Of a stretch of DNA of 64,000 nucleotides, positions 25,593 to 36,014 are shown in pieces. Under the pieces are notes generated by a model that made no database searches, was not told the DNA's origin, and saw only the letters and a list, made by a program, of their open reading frames with translations. The position numbers and the translations under genes are program-made. Positions within the stretch are counted from its first letter, which is position 1; each line of letters starts with the position of its first letter. The stretch comes from a virus (Duplodnaviria > Caudoviricetes): IMG/VR virus record IMGVR_UViG_3300012979_000002, positions 1-64,000 of that record; one strand, given 5' to 3'.

Positions 25593-26996
25593 ATGAATGA
25601 ATTACATAAGTATGCTACCTTTTCAGTTGACTTATTAGGGAAACCTAATAGAATCAACAGTGTATTCTCAATGGGAAGAGCGCGTATCTTCTACAAAGGA
25701 ATAAACAGAAATCGTTCTATTATTGAAGGTGAGGTTGCTGAGCAATTGGCTTATACAATTCCAGGCACACCCGTTATAGGAACCTATAACTACGACACTA
25801 ATGATTTTGAAGGGCACGAGCCTAATGCTAGTGCTTATGGATTTATTCCATTAAATCCAAATATGGCTTGGGTTAAATACACAGGTCAGGACGGAACCGA
25901 AAGAGAATATCTTGAGGTTGATGTTGTAATTTGGGACGGACGTTTTGAAGAAGCATCAGAAATACTTACAAATGAAAAACACTTGTCTATGGAATTAAAT
26001 CCTAAGACTATGAGAGGGTCATTTGAAAGAATTGGTGCTAACACTTATTATAAAGTGTCTCACGCTGAATTTGCTGGTATTACTGTTCTTGGTGATGATA
26101 CAGAGCCTTGTTTCCAAGACGCTCAATTCATTACCGCTTATAGTAGAATGGTAAGCGAGTATGCTTTATTTGTTGAAAATACACAAAAGAACGATGAAGG
26201 AGGTAAAGACATTATGGAGAACATTAATGAGATTGTAGAACCAGAAGTTACTACTGATACAGTTATAGAAGAAAATGCTGCTGAAGAAGTTGTTGAAACT
26301 ATTGAAGTAGAAGAAGTTACTGAACCAGTTGTTGAAAACGAAGTTGTTGAACCAGAAGTTGTAGAAACAGAAGTAGTAGAAAACGAAGTTGAAATAATTG
26401 AAACTGAAATCGTAGAAACTGTAGAAGAAGAAGCACCTGAAGCTGTTGAATTCGCTAATGAAGATAAATCAGAAGACGAAGAAACATGTGATAAGTGTGG
26501 AAAGAATCCTTGTGTTTGTGAAGCTGCTTTAGATGAAGATGACAAAGATGACTCTGATGACAAAGAAGACGACCAAGAAGACAAGGAAGAAGACAAAGAA
26601 GAATTCAAGTGTAACAAAGAAGATTATGAAGCTTTAGTAAACGAATTAAACGAATACAAAGCTAACTACGAATCTTTACAAAACAAGTATGATGAAGCTT
26701 TAAATTCATTAAACAAATATACAAAGAAAGAAAAATTAGAAATTATTAACAAGTTCTCTACTAAATTAGAGAGCGAGGAGTTAATTGAAAAATTAACTGC
26801 TAACGTAGACAACTACTCATTAGACCAAATTAAAAACGAGCTAGGTCAAGCATTAGTAGAACAAATGTCTGCAGAAGAAGACGTAACTGAGGATTCAAGT
26901 GAGAATACTAATTTCAGTTTAAACATTAACTTAATGGACAACAATTTAGGAAATTCAGCTTGGGACTTAGTTAAACGCCACAAAGAAAGTAAATAA
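25593..26996 (+). CDS. prohead protease/scaffold fusion
   Basis: G.NRN.S, PV.G, H, LSME, LG...EPCF protease motifs plus acidic coiled-coil C-terminus. Confidence 0.8.
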   Translation: MNELHKYATFSVDLLGKPNRINSVFSMGRARIFYKGINRNRSIIEGEVAEQLAYTIPGTPVIGTYNYDTNDFEGHEPNASAYGFIPLNPNMAWVKYTGQDGTEREYLEVDVVIWDGRFEEASEILTNEKHLSMELNPKTMRGSFERIGANTYYKVSHAEFAGITVLGDDTEPCFQDAQFITAYSRMVSEYALFVENTQKNDEGGKDIMENINEIVEPEVTTDTVIEENAAEEVVETIEVEEVTEPVVENEVVEPEVVETEVVENEVEIIETEIVETVEEEAPEAVEFANEDKSEDEETCDKCGKNPCVCEAALDEDDKDDSDDKEDDQEDKEEDKEEFKCNKEDYEALVNELNEYKANYESLQNKYDEALNSLNKYTKKEKLEIINKFSTKLESEELIEKLTANVDNYSLDQIKNELGQALVEQMSAEEDVTEDSSENTNFSLNINLMDNNLGNSAWDLVKRHKESK

Positions 26997-27012
26997 TAGG
27001 AGGTACATTTTT

Positions 27013-27462
27013 ATGGCAAAAATTTATGGTGATTATGCAACAGTTGAACTTACAAAAGTAGCTAGTCGTAAAACTGGTGAAATCGAAGCTCAATGCGAAT
27101 TAGATAGTGAAATTGAATCATTAGAAAATGGTGCAATCATGTTCATCGATGCTGCTACTGATACAATCGTTAAAGATTACTCAGCTACTTGCGTTGACGC
27201 TATCTACTTACACTTTTCAAATCCACGTAGATATGGAGAATTAGAATCAGGAATGGCACACTTCCGTTATGAAAGAAATGACGATTACGAAACTATGGGA
27301 GTTAAATATCTTCCAAGAATGTACAAATTAACTACAGGAGACTTATTTACAACTGACTTCGCTTTCGAAAGTTTAAAATTCGGAAATCACGAAATCGTTG
27401 CTGTTAAAGAAACAACTATGCCTAACGGTAAAGCTGCTAAACTTTACAGAGTTGTAAAATAA
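27013..27462 (+). CDS. head decoration/cement protein
   Basis: Position before the MCP; LENG...PR....GD.FTT motif; high-expression codons. Confidence 0.6.
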   Translation: MAKIYGDYATVELTKVASRKTGEIEAQCELDSEIESLENGAIMFIDAATDTIVKDYSATCVDAIYLHFSNPRRYGELESGMAHFRYERNDDYETMGVKYLPRMYKLTTGDLFTTDFAFESLKFGNHEIVAVKETTMPNGKAAKLYRVVK

Positions 27463-27482
27463 TAAAGGAGGGACAAATAATT

Positions 27483-28508
27483 ATGGAATTAAGTAAATTA
27501 GTAGAATTAGGTATTGCTGCTGCAACCAAAGAAAATATTCCTGCTGAATATTCATTATCAGATGTTAACGAAACTTTAAGAGAAGAATTAAAAGCGTTCA
27601 ACAATTACTCTTACTACAGAGCTAACAAAAACGTTTTATTCCAATTAATCGAAGAAATCGCTAACGTTGTTGTTCCTAAAAAAGTAATCGCTCAATTTGG
27701 TTCATTCGCTGAAGTTCAATCAGTTAACCCAGGAGAAAAAATTGTTTTCAAACAAAGAATGGGTGTTGCTCGTGGTAAAAGATTTGTTACAGTTGCTGCT
27801 GAATACGGAACTTACCGTACATTCAACATTGATGCTAGAGACATCACAATGAGTCCTAGAGTATATGCTGGAGCTGCAATTCTTGAATTAGGAGATTTCT
27901 TATGCGGTCGTGTTGACATGGCTGAATTAATGGATATTATCATTGAAGGATTATCTGATAGTATTTACAATGAAGTACAAGGAGCTTTAAAAGCTGCTAT
28001 CAACGCTGAAGACAGACCTGCTGCTAACAAAGCAACAGTTGCTGGATTCGATGCTAAAGAATTCGATAGAATCATCAATACAGTTGCTGCTTACGGAGAT
28101 TCAGTTACTATCTACTGTACTAGAGCATTCGCTACAACATTATACAACATGCCAGGATGGGCTGGAGATTCTAACCCAATGACAGCATTACAAGATTATA
28201 ATGATGTTAGAGAAATGGGATATGTAGGACGTTACAAAGGAAACAACGTAGTATTATTAAGTAATTCATTTGTTGATGAAACTAATACTGAAAAAGTTGT
28301 TGACGACCAATACGCTTACATCATGCCAGCTGGAAAAGAAAAACCAGTTAAAATCGGTATCGAAGGTGGAACTTTAATCGACGAACAAAGATTACAAGAT
28401 GGTTCAGTTGAAGTACAAGCTCAACACATGTTTGATGTTGCTGTAGTTGCTAACAACTATTGGGGTATTTATAGAAATACTGAATTAGAAAGTAACTACT
28501 CAATCTAA
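27483..28508 (+). CDS. major capsid protein
   Basis: 341 aa; position; strongest codon bias; G.VG.YKG..V..L.NSF motif. Confidence 0.85.
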   Translation: MELSKLVELGIAAATKENIPAEYSLSDVNETLREELKAFNNYSYYRANKNVLFQLIEEIANVVVPKKVIAQFGSFAEVQSVNPGEKIVFKQRMGVARGKRFVTVAAEYGTYRTFNIDARDITMSPRVYAGAAILELGDFLCGRVDMAELMDIIIEGLSDSIYNEVQGALKAAINAEDRPAANKATVAGFDAKEFDRIINTVAAYGDSVTIYCTRAFATTLYNMPGWAGDSNPMTALQDYNDVREMGYVGRYKGNNVVLLSNSFVDETNTEKVVDDQYAYIMPAGKEKPVKIGIEGGTLIDEQRLQDGSVEVQAQHMFDVAVVANNYWGIYRNTELESNYSI

Positions 28509-28521
28509 TCTAAAATAAAAT

Positions 28522-28560
28522 AGAGTCGGAGACTTAGTCTCCTTCTCTTATATTTTTTTA
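28522..28560 (+). terminator. intrinsic terminator
   Basis: GGAGAC-TTA-GTCTCC hairpin plus T-rich tail. Confidence 0.6.
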
Positions 28561-28583
28561 ATCATTTTTAGGAGGATACATAT

Positions 28584-28997
28584 ATGAACAATGATAGAAC
28601 AATCGTATTAGAGAACGTAAGTACTCAAAACATTGGATTAAAAGATACACAAGGAAGAACTTATCATTTAGGCGTTGGGTCTAAGGTAAGAATTAGTGAC
28701 ACATCACTACAAGACATTTTTGATTATACGCCAAGCAAAGTTATTTTTGCTGAAGGTTTAGCTAAAGTAAGTAATGTTAGCATGGACAAATTATATAACA
28801 TGGGACTAACAGAAGCTGAAATTAAAAAGTTTAGTTTAGATGATTACGAAGCTGCTGTCGTAATTACAGAAACAATGGATGAAGAAGAGGAAGAGGAAAT
28901 TATTAAAGTTGAAAAACCTGCTCCTAAGAAAACTTCTACTACTAAGAAAACTACATCTACAACTAAAAAAACTTCTACATCTAAATCTAAAAAATAA
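28584..28997 (+). CDS. head-associated protein with K/T-rich tail
   Basis: Position after the MCP. Confidence 0.55.
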   Translation: MNNDRTIVLENVSTQNIGLKDTQGRTYHLGVGSKVRISDTSLQDIFDYTPSKVIFAEGLAKVSNVSMDKLYNMGLTEAEIKKFSLDDYEAAVVITETMDEEEEEEIIKVEKPAPKKTSTTKKTTSTTKKTSTSKSKK

Positions 28998-29536
28998 TGA
29001 AAATTACTGAATACTATGACATTTATGTTCGTTTCCTATCAAAGGTAGAAGACGAATACTTAGCATCATTAGATGACGAGCAAATGCACAAAACTCTATA
29101 CCCACTTTTATTAAGTGCCATCAATTCATTTGCCCGTTTATCTGAACATAATTTGAGAAATCGCGACGAAAGAGGCCGCGTTTTCTTTGAAACTTTATCA
29201 GAAGATGAAATAGAAGTTTTAGCAGTTTTAATGAAACCAGTATGGTTAGAAAGATATATTAATAGCAGCAGAAAAATAGAACAGCAATACTATGACGCCG
29301 GAATTAAAACTTATTCGCCAAACGAGAACCTACGTAATTTAACAACGTTATACCAACAATACTTGGCTGATGGTAGAAAGGCTTTGACAGAATATAGTTA
29401 CAAAAGAGTGAGCATCGTTGGTAATTTAGGTGGATTATCTAAAGACCACAAAGAAGCTCGCAATTATAAACCTGGACATACAATCTATAATGGAGATTGT
29501 GATGACCCAATTTTAGTTAACGAAAGAAATAACTAA
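28997..29536 (+). CDS. putative head-tail adaptor
   Basis: Y.DIY..FLSK...LSEDEIEVLA.LM...WL motif; position. Confidence 0.6.
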   Translation: MKITEYYDIYVRFLSKVEDEYLASLDDEQMHKTLYPLLLSAINSFARLSEHNLRNRDERGRVFFETLSEDEIEVLAVLMKPVWLERYINSSRKIEQQYYDAGIKTYSPNENLRNLTTLYQQYLADGRKALTEYSYKRVSIVGNLGGLSKDHKEARNYKPGHTIYNGDCDDPILVNERNN

Positions 29537-29553
29537 TCTTTAGGAGGGAAGTT

Positions 29554-29808
29554 ATGGATACAAACATTATCTATAAGCACATTACATCTAGTTTATATAA
29601 GATGTTGTGTTGGAGAGAAGAAAAGAAACATTGGATTACTATTCACGATGAGCTATTAGCAGAAATTACTTTTAACACTTTTTTAACAGACGAAATTAAA
29701 GGCAACCTAGTTTTAAAGATTACTACTTTAAAATACATAGATTTCCCTAAATTTAGACAAACAATTTTTGAGGTAATAAACTATGTCGAATCGTTACGCA
29801 GCCTATAA
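29554..29808 (+). CDS. hypothetical virion-associated protein
   Basis: Position; GGAGG RBS. Confidence 0.55.
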   Translation: MDTNIIYKHITSSLYKMLCWREEKKHWITIHDELLAEITFNTFLTDEIKGNLVLKITTLKYIDFPKFRQTIFEVINYVESLRSL

Positions 29809-30988
29809 AGAAAGAGTTCATTTCAAAGGGGCAACTAAAAGAGAATATGTTAAAAATAAAGTAAAAGAAAGCATTGAGTCTTTAATCCACGACAGTCAAT
29901 ATGGTTTTACAATTAACATTGACGGTAGAGATGAAGAAGTAGCTATTTTATCTACTAAGACCACTCAGGAGTATGAAGCGGCTAATGTTATTGCTCCATT
30001 AGAAGTTGGTTTAGACAAAGGTACAATCTTTACTTGGGACTCAAACAACTGGATAGTTTTAAAGAAAATGTTTAGACCGGACCAACCGGGATTTAACGGT
30101 ATCGCGTACCGTTGCAACGGGTATTTAAAATGGATAGATGAAAAGACTGAAGAATTACGCATTCAACCTGCTTATATCCGTTCAGGTCGTATTACTAACG
30201 CATTAGGAGTTACACCTGATAAAAACCAAACATATGATAACATTATTATGCACGATACAGACTGGAATATGATGGCTGCTACACCTGCCAACTTAGCTTT
30301 ACATCCTGAAATGCGTTTTATTATTAAAGGACAAGCTTATCGTGTAACCAACGTAGATAATGTATCTATTGATAATGTATCTATCTTATCATTTGTAGAT
30401 GATAGATTATTAGATACTGACGACGCTGTAGAGATGATAGCTTATAACGATGTATATGGTTATAAGTTATATAACAAGATGACAGAGGACTTAAAGATGT
30501 TTGTGGGAGACATTAAAGAACTACCAATAGTGGTACTATACGATGGGAAACCAGTGCAAGAGCCTATTAAGCTAGAGAGCAATAATCCTAGCGTTATAGA
30601 GGTAAGTGGCAATCGTTTAATTGGTAGAGGAATTGGAGATGCAATCATCACCGCTCGCTTAGTTAAGAATGATACAATTACCTTAGAATTACCTATTACT
30701 ATAGGTGAAGAGCACGTGGTACAAGAAGAACAATTGTACATCGATGGTAATAATTACATTGAATGGGGTACTAGTGAAGTTTACACAATGTCCGACCAAA
30801 AGAGCTATGATTTTGAGGTTGAAATTCAATCGAAGATTCGTAATACTATTGAATACTTAAAAGATGAAAATGGGGCTGTAAACGGCGTTAAAATTAGCGT
30901 TGAAGATAAATACTCAGGAAAGATTTTAATCAGTTGTAATACTCCGCAAGGACTTATTACTAAGACTGTTTACATCCGTACTGTATAG
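29783..30988 (+). CDS. putative head closure protein with Ig-like (Big_2) domain
   Basis: G..F.W....W.V...CN..L.W; SNNPSVI.V.G...G.G.G.A.ITA. Confidence 0.6.
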   Translation: MSNRYAAYKERVHFKGATKREYVKNKVKESIESLIHDSQYGFTINIDGRDEEVAILSTKTTQEYEAANVIAPLEVGLDKGTIFTWDSNNWIVLKKMFRPDQPGFNGIAYRCNGYLKWIDEKTEELRIQPAYIRSGRITNALGVTPDKNQTYDNIIMHDTDWNMMAATPANLALHPEMRFIIKGQAYRVTNVDNVSIDNVSILSFVDDRLLDTDDAVEMIAYNDVYGYKLYNKMTEDLKMFVGDIKELPIVVLYDGKPVQEPIKLESNNPSVIEVSGNRLIGRGIGDAIITARLVKNDTITLELPITIGEEHVVQEEQLYIDGNNYIEWGTSEVYTMSDQKSYDFEVEIQSKIRNTIEYLKDENGAVNGVKISVEDKYSGKILISCNTPQGLITKTVYIRTV

Positions 30989-30996
30989 GAGGCAAT

Positions 30997-31494
30997 ATGA
31001 TATTAAATAAAAACATAGTCGAAACAGATAGTTTCTTAGACATTAACAACGACATCTATCGTATTATGACCGTATTAAACGGCAACCAGTCTTTAAAGAG
31101 ATTTTTAGTTTATACTGACAAAAAACCTTTAGAAGGTAAATCAGATATAACCACAGACCTAAGAGACAAACAAATCTCAAGAACTCCTATTTTACCATAT
31201 AATGAAGACGAAGGTAGTTTAATAGTAGTATCTCTTATCTCTGGAGAGATGGACCCTAAAACTTCTACAATGAACACCTCTTTGGCGATTGATGTCTTTA
31301 CCCCAGGCAATCAATGGATAATTAATGAAGGTATTAGACCATTAATGATTGCTCACACAATTAACAACATTATGCGTCAAGAATTAAAACAAACGGGCGG
31401 AGTTAAATACCGCTTAACCGATATAGTAAACTGTCAACTTTCTGACATTCTGTTAGGGTACAGATTAATTTATGCAGTGGTAATTGATGATTAG
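30997..31494 (+). CDS. putative tail terminator/neck protein
   Basis: Position; W......RP..IA..I motif. Confidence 0.5.
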   Translation: MILNKNIVETDSFLDINNDIYRIMTVLNGNQSLKRFLVYTDKKPLEGKSDITTDLRDKQISRTPILPYNEDEGSLIVVSLISGEMDPKTSTMNTSLAIDVFTPGNQWIINEGIRPLMIAHTINNIMRQELKQTGGVKYRLTDIVNCQLSDILLGYRLIYAVVIDD

Positions 31495-32224
31495 TTTAGC
31501 ACAGGTCTTAAGCAATCAACCAATACGCATTAAGGACCAAGTTTATTTTTCTCAACCAATTCTTCAAGAAATTGTGGACATGGGAGAAGCAGAATACTGG
31601 TCGGCATTGAATTTGTGGACCTTAACAAGAAAACAACTTATACCAGAAGAGACTGAGGAGACGCGTAAGCTGGATGATTATGAAATATGGAAAGAATATA
31701 TTTTTGCCACTCCAGCTTTTAGACGTAGCCTTATTATATCGTGTCGGGCTTTCCTAAAAACAAAAATAGAGTTTTTTGATATAAGCCATACTATGTATAT
31801 AGGGGAGAAGGAATCGGGAACGATTCTGGATAATACCTTCTATTTACTCATGCGAGAGCTATGTTTGAAAATTGTACCTGAGAGTGATAGTGCTTCAGAT
31901 TCAAATGCTCAGTACAAAGAAACAGACAATATGAGCGAACGTGAGCGCCAACTGATTGCTAAAATGAAGAAGGCAGAAAAACAAATAGAAGAGACCAAGG
32001 CCGGTCCGAAGGTTAAGCCTGAGGATTATCTTGGGAATAAAATAGTAGGCCTAGTCGCTGTTGGAAATTATACATTTGAGCAGGTGTATAATATGACTAT
32101 GCTGCAGTTCAACATGCTCCTGAAGAAATATGTGGACATTCAATCATTTGAATTACGCACAGTATTAAGCCCATATATGAGTTCAGAAGATGGTCAGAAT
32201 AGTAACAAATTCTGGCTCGACTAA
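31484..32224 (+). CDS. hypothetical tail-associated protein
   Basis: Position before the tail tube; V.NMT..QF C-terminal motif. Confidence 0.5.
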   Translation: MMISLAQVLSNQPIRIKDQVYFSQPILQEIVDMGEAEYWSALNLWTLTRKQLIPEETEETRKLDDYEIWKEYIFATPAFRRSLIISCRAFLKTKIEFFDISHTMYIGEKESGTILDNTFYLLMRELCLKIVPESDSASDSNAQYKETDNMSERERQLIAKMKKAEKQIEETKAGPKVKPEDYLGNKIVGLVAVGNYTFEQVYNMTMLQFNMLLKKYVDIQSFELRTVLSPYMSSEDGQNSNKFWLD

Positions 32225-32245
32225 TATTAATTAGGAGGTATTAAA

Positions 32246-33220
32246 ATGTTAGACATTCAAGGAAGAAAATATGCTTCAGTTACAGTTTGTGACGTTACAT
32301 TATATGACTTAGTTACTAAATACCCAGTTATGTATTTCGACACTTTAAAAGTTACTACTTTAGAAGGAACTGCTGAAGTTACAGATATCCAAGGTGGACA
32401 AGGTAACGCTACTTTAGCATCAGTATCTCACTCTAAAGCTATCAATGTTACATTCGATGACGCTATCATGACTATGTCAAGTTTAGCTATCTTAACTGGT
32501 GGTGAATTAAGAGAAGGTACTAACGATGATAAAATCGTTATGGTTGAAAGTGAATTAGTAAAAGTTGCTGACAAAGCAGAAGAAATCGTTTTATCAAGAA
32601 AAGCACGTAAAGGTTCTTACGTTTACGCTGGACAATTAATTAATGGTATCATCAGTACTGTTTCAAGAATTGATGAAGCATTAACTGCAGAAACTGATAA
32701 AATTTCTTTAAACGCATTCCACAACTACAAAGAAGATTCTGTTGAAGGAGAAGCTACATTCAGAGTATTCTATGAATACGAAATGGGATTCCCTACAAAA
32801 GATGAAGAATTAACTGAAATCACTGTTTTAGCTGACAAATTCGCTGGAACTTACAAATTCATTGGTGATACAGTATTATTCAATCAATTCACTGGATTAA
32901 ACGACATTTTCCAAATCGAAATTCCTAAACTTAAATTAGACAGCTCATTCTCATTCAACTTAAACGCTGCTACAGAAGCTGTAGTATTCTCATTCAAAGG
33001 AAAAGCTTTAAGAGATGACGAAGGACAAATGATTAAATTCCGTCAATTAAGAGTAGAAGGAAAATCTGGAGAAGAAACTTATGGACAATTCGATGGTTCA
33101 TTCAAACGTGTACCAGCTAAAGAAGTTACTGTAGACTCTGTAGACGCTAGTCTTAAAGATACAGGAAACACTTATCCATTAAACGAAAACTACGAAGTAG
33201 TTGAAACACCAAGTATCTAA
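32246..33220 (+). CDS. major tail (tube) protein
   Basis: VCDVT...PV.YFDTLK..GGQGN...F.DA; QIEIPK.K; strong codon bias. Confidence 0.8.
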   Translation: MLDIQGRKYASVTVCDVTLYDLVTKYPVMYFDTLKVTTLEGTAEVTDIQGGQGNATLASVSHSKAINVTFDDAIMTMSSLAILTGGELREGTNDDKIVMVESELVKVADKAEEIVLSRKARKGSYVYAGQLINGIISTVSRIDEALTAETDKISLNAFHNYKEDSVEGEATFRVFYEYEMGFPTKDEELTEITVLADKFAGTYKFIGDTVLFNQFTGLNDIFQIEIPKLKLDSSFSFNLNAATEAVVFSFKGKALRDDEGQMIKFRQLRVEGKSGEETYGQFDGSFKRVPAKEVTVDSVDASLKDTGNTYPLNENYEVVETPSI

Positions 33221-33225
33221 TTATA

Positions 33226-33253
33226 AGAGAGGATTTATCCTCTCTCTTTTTTT
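33226..33253 (+). terminator. intrinsic terminator
   Basis: GAGAGGA-TTTA-TCCTCTC plus T-run. Confidence 0.8.
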
Positions 33254-33371
33254 TGTTATTTTTTTTCATAAAACTATTGACAAGTTTTTAGTTTTATGTT
33301 ATACTGTTAGTAGTAATAGTGAAGAAATGAACTGTTTTTGCTACTATAAATTAGAGAGGAGGAACGATAAC

Positions 33372-34163
33372 ATGTTAGAACAATTAAGAATGCAAGAAGT
33401 TTCTCAAATTATTTTTACTATGCCTGAGGGAGCAATTATCCCGGGTAAAGATTATCATGTTGGAGAACCGGTTATGATTATTGATAACCCTTCACTTTCA
33501 ACTTTATCTTTCTTATCAAGACCAGTTACTGCTGAAGACAACCAAGGACATATTGGTACAGCTGGAATTACTAAGAACCTAGAATTCATTATTAATGATG
33601 GGGCTATCTTATATTCTTTATGGTCTTATGTGTATGGTTATGATAATGGGAAACCTAGCAAAGAACCTTTTTTACGAGGTAATGAATATATCACTTTACA
33701 GGACGATGGATTTTTACCATTAAAGGTTGAACCTAAAAATCTATTCTTGTATTTAGTTAATGACAACAATAACATTTTAATACCTGGTAATCAATATGAA
33801 GTTTATGCTATTGAAAACGAAGATGGAATAGCAGAACGTTACGCTATCAAATATGACAAAGCAACATCTAAAGATACATTTATGGCGTTCTATGAATATG
33901 CTGTAGAGCCAGTAACAGTATCTAATGTTAAACAAATTCACAACAACATTTTTTGTTCTATGGATGTGTACATTAACGCAGTTGATTTAAAAAATGATGA
34001 CAAACATACAGTTTATATCCATTGTGATAAAGTTCAAATAACAACGGATTTAGTACTTTCAATTAATGATAGTAATAAAGCATCATTCACGCCTATTAAA
34101 GTAAAATCTATCCCAGACGGAGACGGATTTAACAAAGACGTAGCTACTATAGTGGTGATATAA
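33372..34163 (+). CDS. tail-tube paralogue
   Basis: Aligns by eye with the N- and C-terminal strands of 32246-33220. Confidence 0.55.
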   Translation: MLEQLRMQEVSQIIFTMPEGAIIPGKDYHVGEPVMIIDNPSLSTLSFLSRPVTAEDNQGHIGTAGITKNLEFIINDGAILYSLWSYVYGYDNGKPSKEPFLRGNEYITLQDDGFLPLKVEPKNLFLYLVNDNNNILIPGNQYEVYAIENEDGIAERYAIKYDKATSKDTFMAFYEYAVEPVTVSNVKQIHNNIFCSMDVYINAVDLKNDDKHTVYIHCDKVQITTDLVLSINDSNKASFTPIKVKSIPDGDGFNKDVATIVVI

Positions 34164-34164
34164 T

Positions 34165-34542
34165 ATGGCACACGCTCCAAGATATAGACAGTTATGTTTA
34201 TTCTCTAGTATTCAGAATTATAACCTAACCATTGATAAAACCTTAACCACAAGAAAGTTTGGGCGTAATGGAATACTATATGAATGGATTTTACCTTATG
34301 GTGCGAATCCAAACAATTATTATAAAGAGGCTGTTGATGTTAAATCTATCAAAGGAAAAAATTCCAATCCAACAACAAAAAAAGGAAAAGAAGGATATGT
34401 TTATCGTACAGGTATGTACCAGCCGGTAGGAGATAAAAGGTATTTTACATACTACCAATTAAATAAGATGACTAAAAAAGAAAGAGAAGAATGGTACTTC
34501 TTTGTAAATGTCATTAAGGTGTTTTTTAAGGAGCTGTTCTAA
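34165..34542 (+). CDS. hypothetical protein
   Basis: ORF within the operon. Confidence 0.6.
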   Translation: MAHAPRYRQLCLFSSIQNYNLTIDKTLTTRKFGRNGILYEWILPYGANPNNYYKEAVDVKSIKGKNSNPTTKKGKEGYVYRTGMYQPVGDKRYFTYYQLNKMTKKEREEWYFFVNVIKVFFKELF

Positions 34543-35408
34543 TGGCAATGGATAAACAAGCAGCAAGAAGGATGCTGGAACAGTTTTTTGACAAACTAAT
34601 TGGAGAATATAAAATACAAGAACGCGACTTTACCCACGCCGTTTTAGGGGATTTATTTTATGAGGCTGCTTGGGACAATGGTTTTGAAGCATATAGAGAC
34701 CGCGTCATGAAAGACCTGCCTGAATTTTTATATCTAACCTTTATAAAATTCAGCCGTGATATAGGTAAAGATGCTCAAGACAGATATACGACCTTTACCG
34801 TAGGAATGAACGACCAGGACTTGGCAAATATGTCTGAGACTGAGGCGTACGGATTAATCTATGAGCGTACTTTAAAAAGTACTTTTGCAACTTTTCAAGA
34901 GAATACGATTAGAATAGGGGCATTTCTGTTGGGTGATACTTTAGAGAAGCTAGGTTTTAAATATAATGCAGATTATAAAGACCTGGCTAATCATGTCGCA
35001 GCACATTTAGAGAAAACTGCTCGTCATATAGACTTTGAGGACATCGCTATGGAGATGAGGCCTGGAGACTTATCTATGTCTATTGAAGGTTCCGTTATGG
35101 GTCTATTAGACATTAAATCTATGAACTTTCAAAGTTTAAAAAGTCTAGAAGACATTTATAGGAATTTACTTAAAAAGGTTCCAGTTAATGATGCGCACGC
35201 GACATATAAAGAGTATCAGCAAGCGTTGGCCAATAGTTTTAAATTTGACACTTCCCTTCCAAGAACATTGGGCTCTAATAATGTATTAATCTTCTTGTTT
35301 AGGGATGAGGCTATATGGGTATCAGAGTTATTAACTAGAGTTAAAGATTTGGTTGTAACTGATTGGCTAGACCGTATTGAAAAAGGAACTATGACTGGCG
35401 GTAAATAA
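34542..35408 (+). CDS. hypothetical protein
   Basis: 288-aa ORF within the operon. Confidence 0.7.
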   Translation: MAMDKQAARRMLEQFFDKLIGEYKIQERDFTHAVLGDLFYEAAWDNGFEAYRDRVMKDLPEFLYLTFIKFSRDIGKDAQDRYTTFTVGMNDQDLANMSETEAYGLIYERTLKSTFATFQENTIRIGAFLLGDTLEKLGFKYNADYKDLANHVAAHLEKTARHIDFEDIAMEMRPGDLSMSIEGSVMGLLDIKSMNFQSLKSLEDIYRNLLKKVPVNDAHATYKEYQQALANSFKFDTSLPRTLGSNNVLIFLFRDEAIWVSELLTRVKDLVVTDWLDRIEKGTMTGGK

Positions 35409-35429
35409 TTAAGGAGGACAAAGAGAGAT

Positions 35430-35972
35430 ATGAAATTAACTTTAAATGAACAATTTAATATTAATTCTGTAGTTGAACAACATAAAATATTAGTTCAAGC
35501 TACAATGTTATTACAAGGGAGAGAAGGAGTTTTAGAAACAGAAAAGGAACTTTATTTAATTTTAGCATTAGTTAATGCTATGGTGAATGAAGACCTAGTT
35601 GAATTATGTAATGACGACAACAGAGATTTAATTACAATTATGGAAGAAGATGTTGAACCATTTTTCTTAGAGCATTTAGGAACTACAATTCCTAGAGAAT
35701 TATATATGGACTTAAGGTTTATGTTACTAAATAGATGTAGAGAAATTTGGGAAAATCAACACTCAGTTATGGGATTAATTGATACTTTATTATTAGCTAT
35801 AGGAAGTTTAAGTGAAGAAGATAAAAAAGAAGCTTTAGTTCAAACAGCACATATAGCTGAAAAGGTATATGAAAACAGAACAGAAAAACTTGAAAAACAA
35901 GGCGAGGAAATGAATGCCAAAATGGCAGAATTAATTAACAAGTATCAAGTGCAAAAAGATAACGCTGAATAA
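35430..35972 (+). CDS. putative tail assembly chaperone
   Basis: Acidic helical protein immediately before the tape measure gene. Confidence 0.5.
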   Translation: MKLTLNEQFNINSVVEQHKILVQATMLLQGREGVLETEKELYLILALVNAMVNEDLVELCNDDNRDLITIMEEDVEPFFLEHLGTTIPRELYMDLRFMLLNRCREIWENQHSVMGLIDTLLLAIGSLSEEDKKEALVQTAHIAEKVYENRTEKLEKQGEEMNAKMAELINKYQVQKDNAE

Positions 35973-36014
35973 TAGCGTTATTTTTTTATGCTTGAAAAGG
36001 AAGGAGGAAGAGAG

